DNA of 64,000 nt from Vitrella brassicaformis CCMP3155 (taxonomy: Eukaryota > Protista > Chromerida), in contig CDMY01000241.1 of NCBI GenBank assembly GCA_001179505.1, positions 87,894 to 151,893 on the forward strand, read 5' to 3'. The notes beneath the pieces were generated by a model. The model searched no databases. It was not told the origin of the DNA and saw only the letters and a program-made list of their open reading frames with translations. This document shows, piece by piece, positions 27,185-38,790 of this stretch; position 1 is the stretch's first letter, and each line of letters opens with the position of its first letter. The position numbers and the translations under genes were made by a program.

Positions 27185-29384
27185 GGGTCGACCTCACCCC
27201 ATCATCCTGAGCTGCATGCATCGTCACACACACGCAGACATGCATCGGTTCTCCCTTCACACTCTCTCGGTCTCTGTGCATCCATTCGCACCTTATTGTG
27301 TGTGTGATGCATCGAGTCAGTCTTCCTTGCCGTCACTACCCGCGCCGTGATGAAGGAAGGCAAGCCCACGGGTAAGATGTCGTGCAAAGCACACAGAACA
27401 ACACACAGTGTCGCACCAATGCCCGCAGACCCCACGGCGCAGACCTCCTGCCTTCACTCCTCGCACCTCGTTGGTCGGTGCAGAGTCTGGGCTTTGAGTC
27501 CAACGGGGACGCTGGAGATGGTGTGATCGACAGTATCTTGGCAGTGCCTGGCACGTCAAGCGGACAGTTTGCTGAAAACTCGGGAGGCACCAATCGCGCC
27601 TGTTGACCCACAGCTCGCGAACGGTGCCGCCGACAGGCCTTTCCATCACTCAGAGCATTCGAGCGAGCGACCGGGCGACGCACTGGCGTTTCGCTTCGTC
27701 AGATCAATTCATAACTACTCATAACTACTTCGGTTTGAAGCTGTCCACTAGATGATGCGGGAGTGAAAGCCTTTCCTGTGGCTTTCTGCCCCACTATCAT
27801 TCGAGGGAGCGGCTGGATTGACTAATCAATTCATTTATTCATCGCATCGCCTGTCCGTGCACGCACACGAAAAAGAGACTATCGTCCTGTCGGCTTGCTC
27901 GCCTTTGCCTGTGGTAGCAATGCCGGCGGACAACCCGCCGCCAAAAACTCAAAAAGGCCGAGACGAACAAGTCACGCCACGCGCGAGGTCCTCTTTCCTC
28001 CTTGGATGGGTGCACGACAGGCTGGCTGCCGGCGTGTCCACTCTGCTCTGTGAAGCCTCAGCCGTCCGAGTTGATCGACGGCGGCTGAAAAAGTCAGTCA
28101 CAGTAGACAGATGGGACGCCGGCCGGCAGCCAGCATGAATGCACCCTCACAGCAGAGACAGCAGAAAGGAACCCCCGGCCGATACCCCCATGCACACGCA
28201 CGTCGGTCCACGGAGGTCAAGACAAATTGATCCCTCACACAGACACACCACACACGATACAGATGAGCTATACAGAACGCCCCTCCACATCTCTCCCCTC
28301 TCTCTCTCTCTCCCCTCTCCCTCCCCTCTCTCGCACCCATAGGGCATGCAGGCACTCGTGTAGAAGTTTGTGTGCAATAAAAGGCATGTCTGGGTGGATA
28401 AAGAGCCATGTGGGGCATTGCGGTCAGTGTCTGCATGAAGAGGGCTCATAAAGAGCAGCGATCTCGTATGCGTGTGTGGACGGCAAGGCGAGAGAATACA
28501 CACCCCTGACGGATCCCTTCATGGCAGCAATCCATCCCGCGACCTCATCATTCACTCATCAGCCAGCATCCTGCCCCTCCGGCGTGTACACCGTGTGAAC
28601 AGGATGCTGCTCCACGTGGGACAGATGCGGCCACAGGCGAATCACTTGAAAGGACAGAGATAGGTTGTCATGGCGCCAGGAAAGAAAAGGCGGTTGAGTG
28701 GACCAGCATCCTACCTGCGTCACGCGCCCTGTCACAGGCTGCCCGCCCCAGACGACGCTCGCACGATGGTTTCGGCCAACGTGCTCACAGCGTCAGGAGA
28801 AGCAATTAAAGACAAGGACGCGTGGCGCAAACAAGAACCGGAAGTAAAAAGTGAAAAACTCAATGATTGTCCAATATCCAAAACGTTCACCACATCGTGT
28901 GGGCTCCTGCACCACGTGTCATCCATCATCCAGCCACTCATTTGTGTGTCGACTAAACTCGCCCATGTGTCCCCCGTGTACGTCACGTCGACAGCAGATG
29001 TGCCCCAATCTCAACCCCACCCTCTCGAATAAAGCGTCATCATGCATTCAAGCAGGCAGGCAGGCAGGCAGGCACAGAGCGAGTCAAAGTGGAGTCAGTC
29101 TGGATGTAAGTATGTGTGTGGGAGAGGGCGGGCAGCATGCGGCACAAGCAGCGGCTTTTCTCGCTGCCGCACGCACCAATTCGTCTCGTGTGGGCAGGTG
29201 GGCGGGCGAAAAGGAAAGAGACGCCGGCCGGATGCATGAAAGGCCCAGGCAGTCCGAATAAAGGAGGCAAACGGAACATTGACAACCGAGACAGGCAGCA
29301 CAGCACAGCATCCACGCACCAGGAGGTCGATCGCATTCGCGAAGACCTCCCTAGTGACTACACTGCGCCCTGCGTCGTCCTCAC

Positions 29385-32300
29385 TTAAGACGTCTGGACA
29401 GTCGGCTCCTTGAGCATCACAACACCCTCGGGCGTCAGACCTAGCACCACACAGAGACACGAGACACATTAACGATGCACGAAAGCATCATGGAATGGGT
29501 AAGTGTTTCTTTGTGTCTGACATACGCACATACCCGAGTTGTGGAGGACGATTTCGAGTTTGCCTGACTCGGGGTTCCGCCTGTAGAGGTAGGTGAACTT
29601 GGCGTGGGCCCTCTTCTCGCTGCCGTCCTTCTCCCAGAAGAGAAAGTCGTAGTAGCCGTTGTACGCCACCTTGCCGTTGCCCAGCTGGATCAGGTCCTCA
29701 TCGGTCACCTTGGGCGGGAACTCCGGCTTGATCTGATTGATTGATTGATGCACACACGCAGCGGGAGAAATGTTCGAGCCGCCATCAACCATGTGTCTGT
29801 CTCTGTGTCTGCCGGTGCGTGTCAGTCAGTGTGTCTGGCGTGTCTGTCTGGGTGACCTGTTTCCTGTCGAGGAAGCTCTTGAAGTAGTCGAGGATGGTCT
29901 CGCCGGTCTGGCGCGCGCCGATGCTGCCCGTGTCGACAGTGCCGAGCAGGTTGCCGGGGAGAGACGCGTCGTTGCTGTAAAGACCCACCACTGTGTCGGG
30001 ATTCAGTGATTGAACTGAACACACACACACACACACACATACACACACAGAGAGAGAGAGAGAGAGAGAAGGAGATGAGCGAGCCGTTCACGTCTTAGTT
30101 GGTCATGTCGCTCACCGGCGGCGATCCACTGGTCCCTGGCGGTCTCGACCTCGGCGGCAGAGACCTTGTTGGGCGAGGGGAGCTCGATGACGCCCTCGGG
30201 TGTGAGGCCCGAGTTGTGGAGGACGATCTCGAGCTGGTTGTTCTTGGCGGGGTTGCGCTTGAAGACGTACGTGAACTTGGCGTGCGCCTTGGTGTGCGAG
30301 GCATCCTTGTTCCAGAAGAGGAACTCGTAGTAGCCTGACACACACAGACAGAAAAACAGAGCACACACATGGACCGAAGGCTCTTCTGTCTGCCCGTCGA
30401 TGTGCGGTTTGCTCTCTCACCGTTGTAAGCGACCATTCCGTTGTCGAGCTGGATGAGGTCGTCGTCAGAGATGGCTTCGGGGAAGCAGGGCTGGATCTTC
30501 TCCTTGTCAAGGAAGCTCTTGAAGTAGTCCAGGATCGTCTCACCAGACTTGCGCGCACCAGTGGCCATTGTGTCAACGGTGCCTGACACAACCAACCACA
30601 CACATACACGCCGAGCGATAGTACACGTTTGTCTACACGGCGGCTCACTCACCGAGGAGGGCGCCGGGGAGCGTGGCGTCGGCCGAGTAGAGGGAGGCGA
30701 CCTTCTCGGGGTTGAGCGACTTGACTGCGGCCACCCAGTTGTCCCTGGCCGTCTCGACCTCCTTGATCGACACCTTCTCGGGGCGGGGCAGCTCGATCAC
30801 GCCCTGGGGCGTCAGACCTGAGCAGGCCACACACGCGACAAAGCAACAATCGGTACACACATGGGTCAGGAGGCGGTGTGTGTGTGTGTGTGTGTCGCCA
30901 TACCCGAGTTGTGGAGGACGATCTCGAGCTTGCCGGTCTCAGGGTTGCGTCTGTAGATGTAGGTGAACTTGGCGTGGGCCTTGAGGTGGCGGCCGTCGTG
31001 CTCCCTGCACACAAACAAACAGGACACAGCAATCAAGGTCATCGCTGTACGTCGCTGCACATGTCTGTCCTGTGCTTCTTAGGTACTGACTGACCAGAAG
31101 TAGAAATCGTAGTAGCCGTTGTAGGCGACCATGCCGGGGCCCACAGGGATGATGTCCGCCTGAGTCACCTCGGGAGGGAAGGCAGGCTTGATCTGCACAC
31201 AGAGGCAGAGGAAAGAACATTACATGTTGGCTCGTGTGTCGACGGTCCCTCCGGACGCACCTTCTCCTTGTTGAGGAATCCGACGAAGTACTCCCTGATG
31301 GTCGAGGGCGACTGGCGTCTCTTGGTCTCCATGGTGTCGACGGTGCCGAGGAGGTTGCCGGGGAGGCTGGCGTCGGCCGAGTACTGAGCCACCACTGTGT
31401 CGGGGTCCAGAGTCCGCACCGCGGCGATCCATGCGTCACGCGCCTCCTTCACCTCGGCAGGCGTGATGGGCTTCTCGGGCGACTCCAGCTCAACCAGGCC
31501 CTGGGGCGTCAGACCTGACATCACGAGAACAGCCGCAATGGGCATGGTGTGTCTGGGCGAGTGGAATGAGTGTGTCGTCGTGTGTTTTGATGATGCCCAC
31601 CAGAGTTGTGCAGGGCGATCTCGAGCTTGCCGGTCTGGGGGTTGCGACGGTACACATAAGTGAACTTGGCGTGGGCCTTGAGCTGACGGCCATCCTTCTC
31701 GGTGAAATAGAAGTCATAATAACCTTCACACACAAATAGAGCACCAGGGAAACCACCATGTGCATTGATTTGTTTCGAGCCATCTGTCTGTCAATCTGCT
31801 AACCGTTGTAGGCGACGGAGCCTGGGCCAACGTGAGCACCGACACGACAGACAGACAGAAACAAATGACCTGTCCTGAGGCGTGTTTGTCTTCTCATTGC
31901 CAAACCGACCCTTGTCCAGCTGGATGAGGTCGTCCATCGTCACCTCAGGGGGGAAGGCGGGCTTGATCTGCACCACACCAGGCCCACCACACACAGAGGC
32001 ATAGAGGGAGGGATGCACCATTCCGCTGTGTGCGTAGTAGATCACCTACCGCTGCCTTATTGCAGAAGACCTTGAAGTACTCGAGGATCGATGTGCGGCA
32101 CTGACGGGCGCCGATCTCGACGGTATCAACGGTACCTGCACGCATGCCCAGCATCAAGTGAATGAATTGGCATGGACGAATGGGTGTGTCGCTGGTGTCC
32201 TACCAAGGAGCGCTCCCGGGAGAGCGGCATCAGCCGAGTACAGAGCGACGATCTTCTCGGGATCGAGCGACTCAACTGATCGCAACACAATCACGACACA

Positions 32301-32814
32301 ACACATGGCAAGACAGAAAGTGAGACAGGAAATGAGACAACAAGCGCTCATGGATGTGATCAGCAGTGAGCACCACCCACACACTTGCTCGGACGCATTC
32401 CCCGATCACTCGGTTGCATGCATGCACACACGGACGCCCTCCCTCCCTCCACCCACCTGCAGCGACCCATTCGTCGCGGACGGTCTTGACCTCAACTGGC
32501 GAGACGAAGCCCTTATAAGGGGTCTCACCGGGATGCGGCATCCCCACCTCAGCCTCAATGGCCGCCGCCTCGTCTTCAGTCACGCCGCTGCCGCTCTTGG
32601 TGAAGATCCTGTCAAGGAAACCAGTGCTGGTCTTCTCAGCAGTGGCGGCCTCCTGGATGGCGAAATGCCTCGGCAGGGTGTGGCGGAGGTTTTTGGCCAC
32701 GCGGCTGGCGAGAGGGCGGAAGGTGAACTGGAAGGCCGATGGCGCATCGCGGCTGACTGCAGCTGATGCTGTTGCTGCCGCGAGGCAGACAAGAGCGCAG
32801 ATCCGAGCGGTCAT
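29385..32814 (-). CDS. Iota-class carbonic anhydrase-like protein (COG4875/LCIP63, CaMKII-association/SnoaL fold) with four tandem domains and a bipartite plastid-targeting leader
   Basis: Signal peptide MTARICALVCLAAATASA, then a basic S/A/R/F-rich transit-like stretch. Four roughly 125-aa repeats read LYSxDAxLPGxLLGTVDT...YFxxF...YNGYYxFxF...AHAKFTYxxxRNP...LEIxLHNSGLTP. TAA at 29385-29387. Confidence 0.85.
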
Positions 32815-33060
32815 CTTGTAGATCCTTCTCAAATAAGACCGGCAGTGGCGGCGGTCTGTGCGCAAAGTGTCAGAGGGGGGATGCCGGGGCAGGCGCGGGC
32901 GAGCCAGGCGGGCAGTGATCGCGCTGGGCCACTGGCACAGATTTTAGCCTCGTCCTTGTAAATGCTGATAGCTCAAAGGCGCTCTAGCCCAAACCATTCA
33001 TGGGTCCTCGCCTCGTGATGACGGAGAAGAGATCTGATGTAATGCAGGCTGCATGAGAAG

Positions 33061-34155
33061 ATGCAACCCATCCGACTCACGCGGAATCGCCCTCCGCCTC
33101 CTCTTTCGGCACCCTCTGACTCCCCTCTCCCTCCCTCGTCAGCTGCCGCCTGCATCCATGTCCGCCCTCTCCGCACTCTCCGATTCTCCCCGTCTTTCCA
33201 GCGGCGGCGGCCTTTCGACCGCATGGGCGGCACTGAGCTCCGACACCTGGCTCTCAAATTCGTCGCCTGCAAGCTGCACAATGCCGAGCTGTGGCGGGGT
33301 CTGGCCAGCCGGACAGTCGCCATCGGCCGTGAGAGGCGGCTGATGAGTCCGCGCGACCTCGCCCTCATCATGAATGCCTTCAAGCGGATGGGCATCTCCG
33401 AGCCGGCGCTGCTCAGCGAGTGCGAGCGCATCGTCACCGACCGGCTGCACGAGTTCTCGGGTGAGGACCTGGCTTTAGTTGCGCTGAGCTACGCGGCCAT
33501 GGAAGGGTCGACGGTGGGCTTGTTGATGACGGTGGCTGACCGGGTGTGTCAGCAGGCGGACGAGGGGCGGCCGCCACAGCAGGTCTTATCGTGGGTGCAT
33601 TTGGTGGGCGCTCTCGCAAAGGCAGGGGTGCCGCATCAGGTGAGAGAAGCATTCACACACAGACAGACAGACAGACAGACGCATCACACGGCCTTCTTGA
33701 TGCGGTCATTCGGTTCCATCCAGGAGTGTTTCCAGTTCGCGGCTCCGCCCATCTGTGACGCGCTGGAGGGGAGGGAGCGCTTCGCCGGCAGGCTCATCGC
33801 CAAGATAGCCGCGTCATATGCACGGTCAGACGGGCGTACAGCGGGGAATAGGACGGACGGCTCAGACGTTGATACGTGCTCTCGTATGTGTGTCGTGATT
33901 GCAGGTTTGGGTACAAGCATGACCGGCTGCTGGAGCTGCTGGCCAAACGCATCCCTACTGTGTACCTCAGCGACGCTGAAATACTGGTAAGGACAGCACA
34001 AGTCCTGGTGCACTGTGATGACTGCGGCAACCACACCGTGTGCCCTCTTCCTGTGCCTGTGTGTGTGTGTGCAGCTGCTGCAGCGAAGCTTCAAGGCGCT
34101 GCAATTCGAAGACGGCACTCTCGACCGCATCGTGCAGCTGAGGCTGAATGGGTGA
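33061..34155 (+). CDS. Helical-repeat (heptatricopeptide/OPR-like) putative organellar RNA-binding protein
   Basis: MSPRDLALIMNAF and FSGEDLALVALSY are exactly 37 aa apart, with further degenerate units (FAGRLIAKIAASYAR, YLSDAEIL). The N-terminus is R/S/P-rich. The last exon ends in TGA at 34153-34155. Confidence 0.7.
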
Positions 34156-34956
34156 TGGAGGGCAGGAAAGGCGATGCCTTCCTCCCTTCCCTACGCCTTC
34201 AGCGTCGCCTTCACGATGCGGAGGGCAGAGAGGCGGACGGGTGGGATGGCTCCCGTCTTGATCAGACTACATTGGGTATGTATCTGTCTGTCGGATTGTC
34301 CATTGTGTACATACGGAACACTACATGAGGGGGTTGGTATGATGAGGTCTCAGCGTCTCCCATGTCATGGCTTGTCTCCTTCGCGGGGTTGACCTCTGGG
34401 AGACGACACACATGTGCGGCCGTCTCACACAAGTCGACTTTGGCGGGGAGACAAATCGTGAGATGATGAGAGAATGATCGGAGAGACCGATAAGATTCGA
34501 TGCATTTGCAATATGCGTTCAATCATGGCTGCATCCGAGAGTCTCCAAACTGAGCCTCGAAGGTGTTCTTCCTTTGACACACATGCAATGCCACGTCATT
34601 AACCTTCCTTTCGTTCCTCTACATATCACTTCCATTCGTTCAGCATGGCTATCCATCCCGTCTACCACAGCGATATGTAGACAGCCATGCTGAAAGTCAG
34701 TGTGGCCAGCCAGAGTGATCGGCTCCACACACATGCACTCCGGCCCACCAGACGCCCACCCACCAGTCAGTTAGCCGATTGCAATCAGCTATTCTACTTA
34801 CAGCAAGTGTGTGTGTGCGTGTGTGCTTCCTCCACACCGCTGCCGGCAGAGCAGGCCAGCTATGTGACATCGATACGCCGACCTGACGCCGCACACATTG
34901 ACAAAAGGCGGGTCTCTCCGCCACGTGCTGACCAGCTGAGTGCGGCATGTTGGTAC

Positions 34957-37773
34957 CTATGTGCGTGTCTCGATGCTCAGGCCGATATGTTGACGTATGT
35001 GTCGTCTGCGTTTGGTGTAGGGGGCGTCGCTGAGCAGGCTGGTGACCACCACACTCCCACCACGAAACTGCGACTCCAGCTCATCCCTCAACGACCGAGA
35101 TGGGCTGACGGCCACCGGGCGGAGACCGGGGGTTTGGATGACGACCTGAGGCCACATGACGGCGGCCTTGGGCACGGCGGGGCTGCGGATGATGGCCACA
35201 AGCATCCCCAAGAGCCGTCCGAAGAAGTCGTCGACAGCCACACCAGGAGGCAGGTAGCCTAGAAATTGCACATCACACCAGGCAGACAGGCAGGCAGGCA
35301 GGCAGGCAGGGTCTTCCACTCCCCCAGTCTCGTGTGTGTATGTCCCCTACCGATCACATGGACAGTGACCTCCTTGATGGTCGGCAGGTCGTGGGTCGCC
35401 CACTCTTGCAACAGATGCCGGCTGTGCTCGACGATTCTCGACACCGACGTAGTAATCGTCACTGATTCGAACACCGTCTCCCCCTCACCGCCCCCCTCGC
35501 CCCCGCCCAGCTGGCCCTGCAACGCCTCGAGGAATGAGACGGCCACACTGAATGGCGCATCATCAAGAGCACGGAAGCGGAAATGGCGGCATTTGGGCAT
35601 CTGCTTGGCGACGGCCTGGGCGAGGCAGTCGAGGGTGTCCTGGGAGAGGGGAGCCCTGGCGTCAATTTGGCTGGGGTCGCATGCGAATGTGCGGACGCGG
35701 GGGAAGATGTTGGGGTCTGCAACTCCGTTGGTTGACGTCAGCTGTCCACCATTGTACCACACCACGTCAGCTATGGCGGCGAGCTTGCGCACGATGTCTT
35801 GAACCTGATGACAGACAGACAGCCACGACCACGCCATGACCCGGTGCTGCGCTCTGTCGGTGGTCACCAGACGCACCTGCCGCGACTTGTCGACCATCCA
35901 CCCGATCAGCGCTAGGTCCATGTGACACTCGCCGCAGGGCTTGGTGACCGTCAGCTGCTCGAGGGCCTGTGGCTGCATCACCGCCTCCACCAGTGACCCC
36001 ACCTCAAGCAGCACCTCCTTGGTGAGACTGTCTGCACGATCAATGTATGGAGCCCAAAAGTGCAGGTCGCGAAGGTGTTTGCGGCAGCCCCGACTGACGA
36101 GGGTCTCACGCAGCGCTGCCACCGTCCCGCTGCTAGCTCCTCGCAAATCAATGTGGCCGATGGACTGGAGGCTGGGCAGGGAAGGGGCCTTGGACAACAG
36201 GCCTTGCTTGTCGCTCACGGAAGTGGTGTCCTCGTCGAGCTTCTCTAGGCGGCCGCAGGTCTCCACCCATCTGGACGTCCCCTCCAGTCTGTGCAGGTCT
36301 AGGTGCAGGTCTCCATCCCTGTAAATCCACCCGAACGTCAGCACCCGCAGATGCGGCGTGTGCCACACCCGCCCGCCGGTGCGGACGGCCGCATACCGCC
36401 ACGGCATGTTGTGCACCTCCTCCAGCTGCGACAGGTCGATGGGCGAGGGGGAGGCGGGCAGCGGGTCCGCCGACACGCGAGTCGGTGGGTCGAAAGCTCC
36501 GTCCCTGTCGTCGTTGAAGCTGATGACTTTGATGGACGAAGCGGGCCTCTTATGCGCCGGCGTTGTGGCCTCGCGCGCCGCTGCGTTGCCCTCGATGATT
36601 GACACCCACGTGCCACGTCACCAGCAGCGCACGGTGCCCAATGCGGCGTACTCGCGGGGCAGGATGGCGTGTAGGTGTGTGATGTTGGTCGCGCGCTGCC
36701 CCCACTTGTAGGCTGTTCTGAGGGGCATCCTCTCCCACAGACGGCGCACGCCGCCCTTCTTCGACGCATCGATGGTGAGGTGTGTGTAGTTGGCGGCCGC
36801 CTCGGTGAAGATGGTCTTGCCGAGGATGCGGCGACGACGCGTCAGCTCCCAGGGGTGAGTGAAGGCGAACACACTGGCGAGCTCGTCGGCAGAGAGACGG
36901 AGTCGGGCCTGCGGATTAGACACAGACAGACACATCGACACAGACAGATACGATTCGGTGTGCAGAGGTGGCGGGTCGTTGGCTTTGTGTTCTCACCGGC
37001 GGCTGGTTGGGTGGCTGTTGTCCTGATCTAGAGGTGATTCGATACCGCGGCTGCGGTGGGGCAGCGGCACTCAAATCGGAATCAGCTACGGCCGCCTGAG
37101 TGAAACCGAAAGACAACACCGAAGACAAAGAACGGTCTTCACCGCTCTCTCTTCAACTCATTGTCAATGTGCTTGTGCACCTGAGCGATGGGTTCTTCTG
37201 GCGATGCGTCGTCAACATCCATCTCACCACCACCATCACCACCACCACCATTCGCAGCAGCAGCAGCAGCAGCGGATGAGCCGGCGTCGTTCGTGTGTTG
37301 TGGGCCGTGTGAAGCGGCCGGTGCTGTGGTGGTGAGGGCTCCGACCATCTCACGCAAGGCAGACTCTGCAGCGGAGGCGTGGACGGACGCTGCTGTGAGG
37401 GACGGCAGGGCATCACCAGAAGCACTGCCGTCGCAGTGACTCGCACCACAACTTAGCTGCAGCAATGTTAAGGACGGGCAGAAGACGTTCTTCTGTCCTT
37501 TAGTGCCGAGCACGTCTCACATGCACTCACTCACCATGACTTTGTCCTGCAGCAGCCGAATCCTTTCGCGCAATGCATCCGCCTCGGCACGCAGCTGAGA
37601 CCAGAATCACAGAACCGCACGCAAGAACACTGCAAACAGGAAAGCCGTGTGTGACGTGAGCAAACGCGCAGAGCATCACGTGTGTGCGGTTGGGCTTGTT
37701 GGCTGTCTGTGTGTACCTCGCTGATGGTAGCAGCAGCTATGACCGCACCGGCCGCCTCACCCGACGCCGCCAT
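34957..37773 (-). CDS. Lineage-specific family 1 protein, copy B
   Basis: ATG at 37773 (MAASGEAAG), coiled-coil exon LRAEADALRERIRLLQDK and RLRLSADELASVFAFTHPWELTRR. Collinear with copy A at 4724-7436. Confidence 0.75.
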
Positions 37774-38790
37774 GCCGTCCTCCGATGCATTACGGTGATC
37801 CTCCAATGCCGACACACAAGTTGAGCTACTGGATCAGTCAGCCGCCCCTCGCTGATGCCCTTTCGAACGGTGCAGGGTGGAAGGTGGAATGAAGCAATGA
37901 GTCAGAGCAGCAGGGTTTCGGGTCAAAGGGTTTCGCTTGTGTAAACGGAGTGCCCGCCTGGGGAGCCATCGCGTTTGTGGCTGCTGTGCTGTGTCTATGT
38001 GGTCAGGTCAGGTCAGCTCACCGTGATGGTTCGTTGAGAGGAGGTGTAGCGCATCCCTGCTGGTGGCCAGCAGCTGGAGCGCGGCGGCGTGCTAGGCGGC
38101 CACATGCGGTTCCGAGATGACTCTGATGTGGGGTTGTCGTCACACAACGCACCCAACACACAACACAACGCTCCGATGCGTAAGCAAGAACGACCACACA
38201 CACAACGATGGCACACAATGAATGGATGGAGGCATCATCCAACCGGCTCTGGCTCTTGTTGTTGTGTCAGCACGTCTTCCAGCGTTCCTCGCTCCCAGAG
38301 TCCCTCTCGGACCATTCGTGTATGGCCGCCCTCCCTGCCCTCCCCCTCACCTGCCCCACCTGCACCTCGGCGTCCCATCGCACATACCTTCGGCTCCTCT
38401 CCTCCCTCCCTCCGCTGCGCGCATCCATCCACACCCGATCTACGCCAATCAGATGGCCTCGAATGCGCAACTCGGCCTCGCCAACCGCCCCCCCTTCTCG
38501 CCGCAGAATCTCGGCATGTTCGGACTGAGTGGGATGGCAGCAGACACAGCGCTGCAGCCGAAAGGAAGTTGCAGCAAGGGCAACTGTCGGCCAAGGGGGA
38601 CGGCTGGTGGCGCCTGAAGGTGATGTGGGTGGTCCGCTGATGGCTGGAGGTGAGGCCGGGGAGGTAGCCGGGTTACTCAGGAAACATTTGGCATAGGTGA
38701 GGTGACCGCGACACACACACCAAGACCATGATGCATCGTATCCAGGCCAACAATATTGATATTGCGTCTTTCTCTCTTTCGTGGCTGCAG

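Noticed and set aside
27200-29380. Gene-poor 2.2-kb stretch with short ORFs (for example 28670-29032) and an ATAACTACT tandem doublet near 27710
   Set aside because: No coherent spliced model, and no C/D-box, tRNA or terminal-repeat structure I can support.
29385-32500. Regularly spaced repeats as a possible CRISPR array or satellite
   Set aside because: They are protein-coding domain repeats interrupted by introns.
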